The notes: generated by a model not told the origin, from the letters alone. Positions 1 to 9,166 are shown, counted from the stretch's first letter. The stretch is DNA of 64,000 nt from an uncultured bacterium (GCA_949282345.1 CASDOQ010000014.1:2567-66566); one strand, 5' to 3'. A program made the numbers and translations.

Positions 1-50
1 CGGCGGAAGGCCTCCGCCTCGCGTTCGGGCAATGCATACAGGAGTTTCAT
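1..50 (-). CDS. 5' end of an unidentified CDS that continues beyond the window (MKLLYALPEREAEAFR...)
   Basis: ATG at 50 (cat 48-50) with a GAGGTGA-like SD just upstream, 10 nt after the stop of the DUF1854 gene. Only 16 codons are visible. Confidence 0.35.
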   Translation of the reverse strand, partial: MKLLYALPEREAEAFR

Positions 51-59
51 ACGCTCACC

Positions 60-587
60 TCACAGGAAGATTTCGATCTTCCGATAACTGGCGTGGTCGA
101 GTTCCTGCGGGTTCGTGATCTCGTAGCAGCTGCCGTCAAGGTCGTTTAAGATCACGCGCCCGTCGTCGAGTGGACGGAAGCTGGCGGCGGTATCGCGCAG
201 ACGGAGGAGCCGCCGCCCGACGTCGGTATCCACCTTGATATAGATGATGCCCTTGCGGTGCAGGCTGAAGATGTGGCGGATCTTCGGGACGAAGTACCGC
301 CGCGCCAGTTCCTCCGAGACGAGCGATTCGCTCTCCTCGTCAAGATCCTGCAGTTCGGTCACGATGCCGATCTCAGGCCGGTCGGGTTCCGGCCGCCGGA
401 CCGACAGAAAACTGTCGGGTGCGGTAAGCGGGAAGGAACGTAACACGATCACCCGATCCTCTTTTACCGTCCTTCCATCTTCCGTTTTGTATTCGAGCGC
501 CAGCAATCCGCCCGCCGAGCGGACAAACCGCGCGTTCTCTTTCGTCAGCCGGAACCAGCCGGTTGCATCGACTGTCTGTGCGTTCAT
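60..587 (-). CDS. DUF1854-like protein (ABC-exporter-associated)
   Basis: 175-aa ORF. The pattern LRSFPLT...EIGIV..L..LD..S..LV..ELARRYF.PKI..I and the C-terminal DGRVILNDLDGSCYEI match my recollection of DUF1854. Its ATG overlaps the stop of the upstream ABC gene (ATGA at 584-587). Confidence 0.75.
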   Translation of the reverse strand: MNAQTVDATGWFRLTKENARFVRSAGGLLALEYKTEDGRTVKEDRVIVLRSFPLTAPDSFLSVRRPEPDRPEIGIVTELQDLDEESESLVSEELARRYFVPKIRHIFSLHRKGIIYIKVDTDVGRRLLRLRDTAASFRPLDDGRVILNDLDGSCYEITNPQELDHASYRKIEIFL

Positions 588-2797
588 AAGTCTTCCTCCT
601 CGCCGTTCATGACCTTGATCATCTGTTCGTTTTGCAGCGTATAGAGTTTATAGAAGATGCCCTTCTTTTTGAGCAGCTCTTCCTGTGTGCCCATTTCGCG
701 CAGGACGCCGCCCTCGATCGCCATGATCTTGTCGCAGTCCCGGAGAGAAGAGAGACGGTGCGCGATCGAGAAAGCCGTTTTCCCCTCGATCAGCCGGGCG
801 ATGGCCCCCGAGATCTTCTGTTCGGTCTCGTTGTCCATGGCGGCGGTGGCCTCGTCCAGGATCAGGATGCGGGGGTTGAGGAGCAGCGCGCGCGCGATCG
901 AGATGCGCTGGCGTTCCCCGCCCGAAAGCGTCCGCCCCCCGATGCCGATCGTGGTATCGTAGCCCTCCGGCAACGAGAGGATGAACTCGTGCGCCTCGGC
1001 GGCGCGGGCGGCTTGGATGACCTCTTCCATCGAGGCGTCAGGACGGCCGAAGCGGATATTGTCGGCCACCGTGCCGATAAACAGGTGGATCTCCTGCGAG
1101 ACGATCGCGATATTCTGTCGCAGGGTGGCGAAAGAAAGCCGACGGATGTCGGTCCCGTCCAAAAGGATCCGACCGCCCGTGACGTCGTACATCCGGGTGA
1201 TCAGGTTGGCGATGGTGCTCTTCCCGCTCCCCGTATGGCCGACGACGCCGATATGTTCCCCGGCCGCGACCGAGAAGGAAAGATTCTTGAGGATCGGCCG
1301 GTTGGGCGTATAATGGAAGTTCACGCCCGAGAAGCTGATCTCCCCGCGCAGGGGAGCCGGGGGGGGCGCATCCGGGGCTTCGCGCACGTCGGGCACGGCG
1401 TCCAGCAGATCGACGATACGTTTGGCGCTCTCCGCCGTGTGGCCGATGAGCGTGGTATAGGAGCTGAAAAACTGGAGAGGGGCAAAGACCATCCCGACGA
1501 AGCCGAGATAGGTGCAGAAGTCGCCGTAACTCATATTCCCGGCCATGACGAAAGAGCCGCCCAGCCCCCAGATCACCTGGCTGGCAAGATAAATGAGCAT
1601 CGCGACCGACGGCCCCAGCAGGGCGGAAAAGAGGTTTTCCTGCAGATTGACGCGGTAGAGCCGCGAAAGCCGCACGCGGAGCGCCTCGCTCTCCTCCTTC
1701 TCTTTGGAAAAAGCCTTGACAACGCGGATGCCGTTCAGAGAATCGCTGATCCGCGCGCTGACCGCAATATTCTCCCGGTTGGCGCGGATATTGAGGCGCC
1801 GAAGATGCGGGAAGGCGCGGCGGTAGATCAGGACGAGCAGGGGGATCGGCACGAGGATGAAGAGGCTGAGCTTCCAGTTGAGGAGAAAGAGGACGATCGC
1901 CACAGTGATGAATTCGACGGTATAGATGATGAGAGAGGCGGTATTTTGACCGAAAAAGTCTGCTACGACATCCACGTCCCTGCTGATGCGGAAGAGGATC
2001 TGCCCGGTGGAATTGCGGTTATAGAAGGAGAGCGACATCCGTTCGGTCATTTCAAAGAGTTGGTTCCGCATCTTTTCGCGCACCCGGTAGGAGACCCTGG
2101 CGGAAAAGATGTTGCGCAGGATAATGCTGATCCAACGGCAGATAGCCATCCCGATGATGGCAGAGAGACAAAGGAAGAGCGGACCGAGCGCGTGCAGGTC
2201 GCCGTTTTTTTCGATAATCCGGTCAAAGAGGATCTTGCCCGACAGATAAGGGCGGAGAACGTCGGCGCCCATCTCAATCACAAGACAGAAAAAAACGAGA
2301 AGCACAAACCGGCGGTGCGGTATGAAATAGGAGAACATCCGCCGCATGACCGACGATCCCCCCGGGGGGGTGACCGGCGCTTCTCGGAGCGGGTCAAAGA
2401 GCGGCTCCTCCCCGGTGAGGAGCTCTCCCCGGCGGAGCGACTCCAGTACCGAAAGGAATACGAAAAGCCGGGTCTTGCAGGCATTGGTGCAACACCCGAG
2501 GCTGACGGTGACGCTCTCCTCTCCGTCGACCCGGTGGGCCAGGAGCTGGCAGGCAGAAAGGAAGCTGTCAATATAAGGCTCCCTGAAGATGTCAAGCGGC
2601 AGACGTTCAAAGCTCCCGGCGTCCGGGACGACGCGCAACAGGAAAGCCTGCGTTTCGTCAACGGCCAGAAAGCATTCACGTGCCGCTCCGGCAGGATCCT
2701 GATCGAGCCGGAGGACAGCATACAGGGAGTCAGGTTCGGTATGATGAGCGCGGAAGAGTTCTTCCGCGGCGGCGGAAAGCGTGTCGATCGGCAACAT
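584..2797 (-). CDS. ABC exporter, fused permease/ATPase, with an extra ~150-aa N-terminal domain
   Basis: Walker [10 protein letters not shown], signature LSGGERQR, Walker [13 protein letters not shown], and six hydrophobic helices upstream of the NBD. I chose the ATG at 2797 (737 aa) because the promoter at 2865-2892 lies inside the longer ORF and the 146 upstream codons are R/P-rich low complexity. Confidence 0.9.
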   Translation of the reverse strand: MLPIDTLSAAAEELFRAHHTEPDSLYAVLRLDQDPAGAARECFLAVDETQAFLLRVVPDAGSFERLPLDIFREPYIDSFLSACQLLAHRVDGEESVTVSLGCCTNACKTRLFVFLSVLESLRRGELLTGEEPLFDPLREAPVTPPGGSSVMRRMFSYFIPHRRFVLLVFFCLVIEMGADVLRPYLSGKILFDRIIEKNGDLHALGPLFLCLSAIIGMAICRWISIILRNIFSARVSYRVREKMRNQLFEMTERMSLSFYNRNSTGQILFRISRDVDVVADFFGQNTASLIIYTVEFITVAIVLFLLNWKLSLFILVPIPLLVLIYRRAFPHLRRLNIRANRENIAVSARISDSLNGIRVVKAFSKEKEESEALRVRLSRLYRVNLQENLFSALLGPSVAMLIYLASQVIWGLGGSFVMAGNMSYGDFCTYLGFVGMVFAPLQFFSSYTTLIGHTAESAKRIVDLLDAVPDVREAPDAPPPAPLRGEISFSGVNFHYTPNRPILKNLSFSVAAGEHIGVVGHTGSGKSTIANLITRMYDVTGGRILLDGTDIRRLSFATLRQNIAIVSQEIHLFIGTVADNIRFGRPDASMEEVIQAARAAEAHEFILSLPEGYDTTIGIGGRTLSGGERQRISIARALLLNPRILILDEATAAMDNETEQKISGAIARLIEGKTAFSIAHRLSSLRDCDKIMAIEGGVLREMGTQEELLKKKGIFYKLYTLQNEQMIKVMNGEEEDL

Positions 2798-2864
2798 GGC
2801 ACAGCACCTCGAAAGGAGAAAGTGAAAAATTCCCGCAAGGACGGGCTTTTCTGTCCTCCCCTTC

Positions 2865-2892
2865 ACTATATCACGCCGGGGAGATTTGTCAA
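2865..2892 (-). promoter_or_regulatory. sigma-70 promoter of the ABC/DUF1854 operon
   Basis: On the minus strand: TTGACA (2887-2892), 16-nt spacer, TGaTATAGT extended -10 (2865-2870), about 60 nt upstream of ATG 2797. Confidence 0.7.
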
Positions 2893-3028
2893 GCCGAAAT
2901 AGTATGTTTTCACAAAAAAATCGGAGAAAAAAACGAAATTTCCCCGGCCGGTCCAGGGGATTTTGTACGATTTTTTCAAGGAGTTTCGTCATGTTGCATA
3001 AAAATCTGAAATTGCTTTGACTTTTGCC

Positions 3029-3086
3029 CGCCTCCGGGGCGTGCGGTCGCCGTCTCCTGTCCCTCGCCTCCGGGGCGTGCGGTCGC
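3029..3086. repeat. 22-bp direct repeat, 36-bp period
   Basis: cgcctccggggcgtgcggtcgc occurs at 3029-3050 and identically at 3065-3086. Confidence 0.9.
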
Positions 3087-3152
3087 TCTTTTCTCGCAAG
3101 ATTCTGCATCCACGCCGGGATCGCGCCGAACCCGCGCCGCCCCCCGGCAAAC

Positions 3153-3189
3153 CGCGAAAAGAAAAGCGTGCCGGGAAGTCCCGGCACGC
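3153..3189 (-). terminator. Rho-independent terminator after the beta-helix gene
   Basis: On the minus strand: gcgtgccggg-actt-cccggcacgc stem-loop (3166-3189) followed by ttttctttt. Confidence 0.75.
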
Positions 3190-3231
3190 AGAGGGCAAAG
3201 AGAGGACAGGGAGAAGCGGGGGGAGCGGCGT

Positions 3232-6183
3232 TCACTTCCCGAAGGAATCGTAATCGAAGGGATCGGTCAGCCCGGCACGCGCCGGAGAGAGCTTGGTGAA
3301 ATTATCGCGGAAGCCGCTTCCCATTTCGTGATCCATGATGGCATAGGTGCGGTCGGAGATCGAATAGTCGCACCGGTCGGCGTCGAGCACTTCGCCGTAT
3401 GCATAGTGGAAGAAATTTTTCTTTTTGCTGGCGGTGTCGGCATAGCCGAGGTAGCCGTAGCGCAGGGCATCGTCGGTCAGGGTCTTGCTCTTTTCGGGTT
3501 TTTCGAGCAGGCGACCGTTCTCCGAGAAAGAGGGCGTGCCGCCGAGGATGATATTCCGCTCGATGACGCAACAGGACGGCGCGCGGAAGGAACGCTCGAC
3601 CGAGGCCAGTTCTTCATACGTCAGGGTGGCAGAACCGTCGGGAGCTTCTATGGTGTTTTGCGGGACGGCGACCTTCTCTCCCTGTTCATCCAGATATTCG
3701 TAGGGCGGAATCGTGATCAGCGTACCCGGTAACAGACCGTCGTAGGTAAAGCTCTTGCCGCACAGGGGGGCGGGCGCATAGAAATACCGGATGGCGTAAT
3801 CGCCGGCGTCCTGCGCCGCAAAGAGCATCTTCAGGACTTCCAGACGGTTCATATAGACCGGGAAGCGGCGGCGGTAGGCCTCCGCATCGTAAAGTTTTGT
3901 ATACGTATTCAGCTCGCGTTCCCGCATACCGCGCCACCAATGCCCGGCAAGACTCTGGTAGAAGGAGGCGCCGGTCTTGTTACCGTTGTAATCCACGATC
4001 TCATGCAGGGGGTTGCCGACCTGCGAATAGCCATTGTCATCCCAATAATAATAGAAGAGCGCGCTCTGGTTGACCTGATCCCCGACCCGGTTGCGCAGGG
4101 TCTCGCCCTCGTCCCCGTCACGGCCGTTGGCCGCGGCGACCTGCACCGGGTTCCGCAGGGCGAAAATATTGCCGTAACAGACGTTCCCGCACCCGGTGGA
4201 GGAATACCAGCCTTTGTTGGAGTTGGACTTTGAATTGATGGTCGAGATGATGTTCCCGTAGGCGTAGTTGCCGCTGTTCATCGTGTCGTTATAGATCCCG
4301 TTGTGCGTGGCGTGGAAACGGTGGCAGAGATTATAGCGGTAGTGGTTGCCGCGCGCCTTGAAGCCGCTGCAGTAGATCATGCCGCCGTCAGTGACGTCGG
4401 CACTTCCGCCGTCAAAGCGGTTGTACTCCACGATACATTCGATCGAGCCGCTGCTTCCGTTGATGACGCAGTTATGGAAGAAGTTATGAGAAATGACGCT
4501 GCGGCATCCGCCGAAGGACATGCAGAAGGGGCGGTTCGGGGCGGCGTGATGGAAAACGCAGTTCTGCACGAGGTTATTGTCGGGGCGCAGGGCGGCGCAG
4601 GCTTTCTCTCCGCTCAGCAAGACCATCTCGCCGCAGTAAGCGCGCGAGAAATCGCTGTACAGGATGGCGGAAGACCTGCAATCGGTAAAGCGCACGGCGG
4701 GGGCGGCGGTATTCTCCATCCGGCAGGACTGGAGAATGAGCGAGGAGCAGTTCTCCGCGTCGACCCCGCACGCGCCGGAACCGCTCACGTTGATCCCGTC
4801 AAGGATCACGCAGTCGGCGTCCCGAAGGCTGAGGAGACTGAAGTCGGAATTCCCGGAATAAAAGATCTCCCGCTTTCCGAAGGACTCGGTGGGATAGAGG
4901 TAGATCCGGCCGTTCTGCCGGTCGTAGAACCATTCGCCGGGGGCATCCAACGCCTCGATGACGTTGAAGAGATAGAAGGAATTGTGCCCCGCGGGCGAGT
5001 TGGTCGAATGCTTACAGCCGAATCTGCTGGCGTGGCGCGATTTCAGGAAGAAATAGCCGTTTTCTTCGTGCGGGTTGCCGGCCTCATCGTAGAGCGTGTA
5101 GACCGGCCCTTCGGGGTCGGGCGTGAAGCCGCCGAGGCATTTTTCTCCGTGCGGGCCAAAATGCCAGTTCTGAATGCCCTCGGTCTCAAAGGCGAGGTTG
5201 TAATAGCCGAATTCCCAGCCCTCAAAGGTCGAGCCGAAGTACCAGATGTCCCCGGTGTTGACCCACGAGAGGATCTCCCCGGCCAGCGCCTCGGCGTTCG
5301 GGTCGGCGGCGTTATCGAGGCGGTTCAGCACGCGGATCTGCCAGCCGACCACGTGGCTAAGGTCGCCCCCGAAGCACTCGTTGGCGCGCTTGACCCACGG
5401 CCAGTAGAGGTCGGAGCCGTCACGCACCGAGACCGAACCGGGATCCAGCGGCACGGTGAAGTAGAGGCGGTTATGGATGTTTTTCGTATCGTTCGGGAAA
5501 TGCGCGAGCGAGTATTCTTCTTCCCCGACGCGCAGATGGGGCGGGCCGCCGGCCGTCGTGATCTCGGCCATATCTTCGGCCGTGAGTCCCTGCTCTTCGA
5601 GCGTGGTGTAGACGACGTGCGCCTGCGCCTCGGCCGGGATCCGGGCGGCTACCGGGTCTGTGGCGGGGTCGACCGGATGGAACGCGCCGCCGAGGTGGCG
5701 GTCGGAGGTGAAGAGAACCTCCCCTTCTCCGCGCAAAATCAGCGGTCGGTCGGCGCGGCCGCTGTGTTCCTTTCCGATCTGCAGTCCTTCACGCAGAGAA
5801 TAAAGCCCGGCGGCAAAGGAGACGGTTCCGCCTTCCTGCCCGGCCATGGCGTTCAGCGCTTCGGCAGGGGTGGAAAAGGGAGCGCTTTGGCTGCCGTCAC
5901 CGCCCGCAGGCGCGGCGGCGTCGACATAGACGCAGTGCTCCGCCGAGGCGGGAAAGTCGTTTTTCCTCACGCGGGGAAGGACCGTGACTTCCTCGGGCAG
6001 TTCGGCGCGCGTCGAAAGAAAGCGGGCGCGCACGTTGTCGGTGGAAAGTTCAAGCGAGCTGACGTCGCGCAGATCGCTTGGCGATGAGGGGAGATTCAGC
6101 GTATAGGGAAGCGTATCGAATTTTTTTCCCCGGGCGGTGTGTTTCCGCTGGAAAACTCCGAGCAGGCGTTCGATGGGATTCAT
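3232..6183 (-). CDS. large right-handed parallel beta-helix repeat protein, no signal peptide (paralog of 25528..29325)
   Basis: 983-aa ORF with SD caaggaggtaccgacATG. It has repeated N/G/C-rich beta-helix rungs (SGSGACGVDAENCSS, NCVFHH, NFFHNCVINGS, FDGGSADVTDGGMIYC). It is collinear with the 1265-aa lipoprotein over about 930 aa (for example SWVNTGDIWYFGSTFEGWEFGYYNLA versus SWVNTGNIWYFGSVFEGWEFGYYNLA). Confidence 0.85.
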   Translation of the reverse strand: MNPIERLLGVFQRKHTARGKKFDTLPYTLNLPSSPSDLRDVSSLELSTDNVRARFLSTRAELPEEVTVLPRVRKNDFPASAEHCVYVDAAAPAGGDGSQSAPFSTPAEALNAMAGQEGGTVSFAAGLYSLREGLQIGKEHSGRADRPLILRGEGEVLFTSDRHLGGAFHPVDPATDPVAARIPAEAQAHVVYTTLEEQGLTAEDMAEITTAGGPPHLRVGEEEYSLAHFPNDTKNIHNRLYFTVPLDPGSVSVRDGSDLYWPWVKRANECFGGDLSHVVGWQIRVLNRLDNAADPNAEALAGEILSWVNTGDIWYFGSTFEGWEFGYYNLAFETEGIQNWHFGPHGEKCLGGFTPDPEGPVYTLYDEAGNPHEENGYFFLKSRHASRFGCKHSTNSPAGHNSFYLFNVIEALDAPGEWFYDRQNGRIYLYPTESFGKREIFYSGNSDFSLLSLRDADCVILDGINVSGSGACGVDAENCSSLILQSCRMENTAAPAVRFTDCRSSAILYSDFSRAYCGEMVLLSGEKACAALRPDNNLVQNCVFHHAAPNRPFCMSFGGCRSVISHNFFHNCVINGSSGSIECIVEYNRFDGGSADVTDGGMIYCSGFKARGNHYRYNLCHRFHATHNGIYNDTMNSGNYAYGNIISTINSKSNSNKGWYSSTGCGNVCYGNIFALRNPVQVAAANGRDGDEGETLRNRVGDQVNQSALFYYYWDDNGYSQVGNPLHEIVDYNGNKTGASFYQSLAGHWWRGMRERELNTYTKLYDAEAYRRRFPVYMNRLEVLKMLFAAQDAGDYAIRYFYAPAPLCGKSFTYDGLLPGTLITIPPYEYLDEQGEKVAVPQNTIEAPDGSATLTYEELASVERSFRAPSCCVIERNIILGGTPSFSENGRLLEKPEKSKTLTDDALRYGYLGYADTASKKKNFFHYAYGEVLDADRCDYSISDRTYAIMDHEMGSGFRDNFTKLSPARAGLTDPFDYDSFGK

Positions 6184-6244
6184 GTCGGTACCTCCTTGTC
6201 CGATCTGTCATGCATATGCCCTCCGAAGGGAGGGGTCTACCCCG

Positions 6245-6273
6245 ATTATACAGAGAAAAAGGAAAAAATGCAA
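6245..6273 (-). promoter_or_regulatory. sigma-70 promoter of the beta-helix gene
   Basis: On the minus strand: TTGCAT (6268-6273), 17 nt, TATAAT (6245-6250), about 60 nt upstream of ATG 6183. Confidence 0.7.
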
Positions 6274-6445
6274 CCCTTATTCGGAAAACAGTGGGAATCC
6301 CCGAACGAAAAAAAGAAAAGATTTGACCAAAGAGAAGCGTCCGGCAGACGCGCTCCCGACGCGCCGGAAAAGAAAAGACCAAAGAAACAAGAAAAAAAGA
6401 AAAAGGAAGAACGGGAAAAAAGAAGCCGGAAACAGAAAAAGAAAA

Positions 6446-6471
6446 CCGGCCGGGAGATCCGGCCGGGAGAT
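6446..6471. repeat. 13-bp tandem duplication
   Basis: ccggccgggagat x2 (6446-6458, 6459-6471) inside a T-poor purine-rich spacer. Confidence 0.9.
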
Positions 6472-6546
6472 CTGCGGTACGGTACCGGGGGCTTACGGAA
6501 GCGATGACCGCGCTCCGAGCGGCGGCGGGGGATCCGCCCCCTACGG

Positions 6547-7116
6547 TCATTTCTTTTTCAGGAGGAAGGCGAGGCAGACGATCAGTTCCGCCGGGGCGAT
6601 CAGCACGAAGAGTGGCCAGAAATGGCGCGGAAGCAGGGCAAAATAGGCGGCAACGAAGATCGAGGCGACCAGCGCCGCGATCAGAAAGAAGTTGCGCAGG
6701 CGGGTTCCCCACATCGAATTGAAGACCAGCAGGACGATCAGCGAGACGGGGACCGCATAGACGAAGATGCGCCACTCGGGGATCCGAAGCCCGAGGCAGA
6801 CGATAAAGGCTAAGATCGCTACGGCCCATACGCCGGAAAAGAAGATCAGCGAGATTACCACACGGTTGTTCCGCCGGGTCGAACTGCGCAGGGGATGACG
6901 CTCGGTATGCGGCGTGAGCAGATAGTCGACGCTCACGCCGAAGAGGACGCTCATTTCCTTCAGCACGTAGGCATCCGGGATGGCTTCTCCCCGTTCCCAT
7001 TTGGAAATGGCCTTGTCGGAATAGCGCAGTTTTTCTCCGAGCTCGAATTGGGTCATCTTCATGGCGGTGCGCAGGGCGACGATATTTTTTGCGGTGATTT
7101 TGGAGAGATCCTCCAT
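6547..7116 (-). CDS. XRE-family HTH regulator with C-terminal transmembrane domain
   Basis: N-terminal HTH MKMTQFELGEKLRYSDKAISKWERGE followed by about four hydrophobic helices. I chose the ATG at 7116 because of the SD aaaggaggacgttATG. Confidence 0.85.
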   Translation of the reverse strand: MEDLSKITAKNIVALRTAMKMTQFELGEKLRYSDKAISKWERGEAIPDAYVLKEMSVLFGVSVDYLLTPHTERHPLRSSTRRNNRVVISLIFFSGVWAVAILAFIVCLGLRIPEWRIFVYAVPVSLIVLLVFNSMWGTRLRNFFLIAALVASIFVAAYFALLPRHFWPLFVLIAPAELIVCLAFLLKKK

Positions 7117-7239
7117 AACGTCCTCCTTTCTGTGTGAATAGGAACAGGAATGTCCGGGGTGTAAGGCTTCCAAGATCCGATCGGCTCAGGGCCTTCGGAT
7201 CGGCAACCGGCAGGGGGCAGGCCGGCGGCGCGCGGCGGT

Positions 7240-7704
7240 TCAGCGGGCGGCCTTCACGGCAAGGTAGTTCCCGTACACCACCGTCCGTCCGACAAGAAAG
7301 CCGTCGGTCCCGGCGGTGGCCGAGATCTTTTTGATATATTTTCCGGATTTCAGAAGGTCGTAATACGCCCGGGCTTCTTCTTCCTCGTAAAATTCCAAGA
7401 TCTCGATCGTGCGGAGCGAATCGGTCTTGTGCCGCATGACGAGGCGGCGGGAGCAGAGGCCGACGCTTTCGGCTTCGGGATCTTCTTCGGTCACGTTGCC
7501 GCTCGTTTGTATGATGACGGTATAGTCGGCGTGCGTGAGGCGGAACTTCATTCGGTCAAGCGGCGGCGTTACCAGGATGACGGTGAGCAGGGTGGCGGCC
7601 AGCACGAGCAGGACGAGCGCGGGGATCCAGATCCGCTTGCGCGTCCGAAGGAACTTTGCAAAGCGGGCGGCATTACGCCTGGCTTTTTCGGAAGAGGAAG
7701 ACAT
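7240..7704 (-). CDS. hypothetical single-pass membrane protein
   Basis: 154 aa from ATG 7704 (SD aaaggagcctgtATG). Basic N-terminus, one TM helix (IWIPALVLLVLAATLLTVILV), and a normal-composition C-terminal domain. I recognise no family. Confidence 0.65.
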   Translation of the reverse strand: MSSSSEKARRNAARFAKFLRTRKRIWIPALVLLVLAATLLTVILVTPPLDRMKFRLTHADYTVIIQTSGNVTEEDPEAESVGLCSRRLVMRHKTDSLRTIEILEFYEEEEARAYYDLLKSGKYIKKISATAGTDGFLVGRTVVYGNYLAVKAAR

Positions 7705-7780
7705 ACAGGCTCCTTTCTTTGTATCCGCGCGGCTTTCTGCTTTGATGCGGTTTGGCGGGTGGCAAAGGAAAAATCGTAAA

Positions 7781-7795
7781 TATGCTATTAGCATA
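7781..7795. promoter_or_regulatory. 15-bp palindrome overlapping a putative extended -10 (candidate operator)
   Basis: TATGCTA-t-TAGCATA at 7781-7795. On the minus strand it overlaps TGgTATGCT upstream of the 7704 gene / XRE operon. Confidence 0.45.
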
Positions 7796-7911
7796 CCACA
7801 AAATTATGAATTTTATATGAACGGAAAAAGGGCGAACCCGGCAAAGAATGGCGGAATCGGTCGGGCGGGAACCCCTGCCGCCCCCTGCCGGGACGGGCGG
7901 CACCGTGTGTA

Positions 7912-7983
7912 TCAAAAGGTCGCCCCCGGCGCACGTCAAAAGGTCGCCCTCGGCGCACGTCAAAAGGTCGCCCCCGGCGCGCG
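7912..7983. repeat. 24-bp tandem repeat x3 plus degenerate copies
   Basis: tcaaaaggtcgcccccggcgcacg at 7912-7935, 7936-7959 (1 mismatch) and 7960-7983 (1 mismatch). Degenerate copies continue to about 8030. Confidence 0.9.
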
Positions 7984-8140
7984 TTTCAAAATCCGTCCGG
8001 GCGGGCGCGGGTCAAAAAGCCACCTGGGCAGGATCGCGCGGCGGCCGACCCGTGAGGCGATCTGCTTTTATATATAAACGCAAGTTTCTTTATACCTTTA
8101 TATACTAAAACGGCGATTTCCTTTTTGGCAAACGGCGGTT

Positions 8141-8995
8141 TTATAAGCGGCGGTTGCTCATTTTTTTATAAGAGGAAGGAGAAACGCCGTTCATCCGGCG
8201 GAACGCCGTGCAGAAGGTGGGGAGAGAGGAAAAACCTGTGGCAGCAGCCGCTTCTCCCACGCGGTACCCCTTAGCCAGCAGTCCCGCCGCGCGGGAGAGA
8301 CGCAGATGGCGCAGATAGGCCATGACCCCAAGCCCCGCATAGCGGGAAAAGAGGCGTTTGAGCGAGGAAAGGCTCATGCCCATCTGCCGCGCAATCCCCG
8401 GGGCGGTCAGCGGTTCGGCCATCGAGTCGTAGAGATAGGCCACGGTATTGCGAAAAAGCGCGGCCTCGTGTTCCCCGGCCGGGGGGAGCGCGTCCGCGTC
8501 CTTCTGCTCCCGCAAAAAGATGCGCGCCAGCGTTCCTTCAAAGGAGGAAAGGAGACGTTGCAGGCAGAGCGGCGGAATGAGCTGACAGAGGTCGGTATGG
8601 CAGATGCCGTAGTCGTAGACCGCGCCCGCCGACCGAAAAGCCGTCAGGATCTCCTGAAAAGCCGCAATATCCTCGGCCTCAAGCGGGAAGATGAAATGCC
8701 TGAGCGACGGCATCCTGTCCGCACTGAAGGAAAAGATCAGGATCCGCGTATCGGGCAGGGTGGAGTGATGGCGGTGGAATTCCATCGGGCGGTGGAGGAT
8801 CATCTCCCCCGCGTGCAAAATATGCATCGTCCTTTCGGTGGTCGCGCTGACCTCCCCCTCGAGAACGCAAAGCAGTTCCCAGAAGTCGTGGGCCTCGCCT
8901 CCATCCTCCCCGACCCGGAGGAGCGGAGCCGTGAAAGCGGTATAAAAGGCACTGACCGAAACGGTGTGCGGCGTGATCGCCGGTTTCCAACGCAT
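8141..8995 (-). CDS. AraC-family transcriptional regulator
   Basis: Cupin-like N-terminus and a C-terminal double HTH (IARQMGMSLSSLKRLF; GFSSLPTFCTAFRRMNGVSP). ATG 8995 has SD ggagggaaacccATG. It is divergent from the sugar genes at 9167. Confidence 0.85.
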   Translation of the reverse strand: MRWKPAITPHTVSVSAFYTAFTAPLLRVGEDGGEAHDFWELLCVLEGEVSATTERTMHILHAGEMILHRPMEFHRHHSTLPDTRILIFSFSADRMPSLRHFIFPLEAEDIAAFQEILTAFRSAGAVYDYGICHTDLCQLIPPLCLQRLLSSFEGTLARIFLREQKDADALPPAGEHEAALFRNTVAYLYDSMAEPLTAPGIARQMGMSLSSLKRLFSRYAGLGVMAYLRHLRLSRAAGLLAKGYRVGEAAAATGFSSLPTFCTAFRRMNGVSPSSYKKMSNRRL

Positions 8996-9166
8996 GGGTT
9001 TCCCTCCAACGACTTTACTTCTTTTCTGTATCGCAAGAGCACGCAATATGAGCTAAAATCAAAAATATTATGGCTTTTTTTCGATTTACTTTTCTTTTTT
9101 GCCGTGCTATCATTATAACGGGCGGGAGAAAAAAAGTCAATCCTTCCGCAAAAAGGAGAAATCGAT

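Noticed and set aside
632-2902. 756-aa ORF on the + strand, antisense to the ABC exporter. Similar giants lie at 4303..6087 (+), 11768..14734 (-), 21920..24433 (+), 25150..28896 (-), 30636..34001 (-), 35683..37359 (-), 39738..41471 (+), 45291..48449 (+), 52610..54421 (-) and 54685..56754 (-).
   Set aside because: Each lies exactly opposite a gene with strong family motifs. Their translations are R/G/A/D/P-rich low complexity with no recognisable domains, and they lack SD sequences. Long stop-free antisense frames are expected in high-GC coding DNA.
2798-3235. N-terminal 146-codon extension of the ABC exporter ORF (track start 3235). Similar upstream extensions occur for the ORFs starting at 7173, 7794, 9046, 10180, 11180, 16092, 16790, 20098, 21992, 25153, 30654, 30670, 43533 and 57921.
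   Set aside because: The extensions are low complexity, contain mapped promoters or terminators, or overlap the neighbouring gene. Internal ATG/GTG codons with well-spaced AGGAGG-type SDs give products that start at the conserved N-termini of the families.
6050-7000. 316-aa minus-strand ORF spanning the 6184-6546 spacer and overlapping the XRE gene in another frame. Also the + strand K/R/E-rich ORFs at 6137..6646 and 6139..6507.
   Set aside because: These are composition-driven open frames across a T-poor spacer. There is no SD, and they conflict with two well-supported genes.
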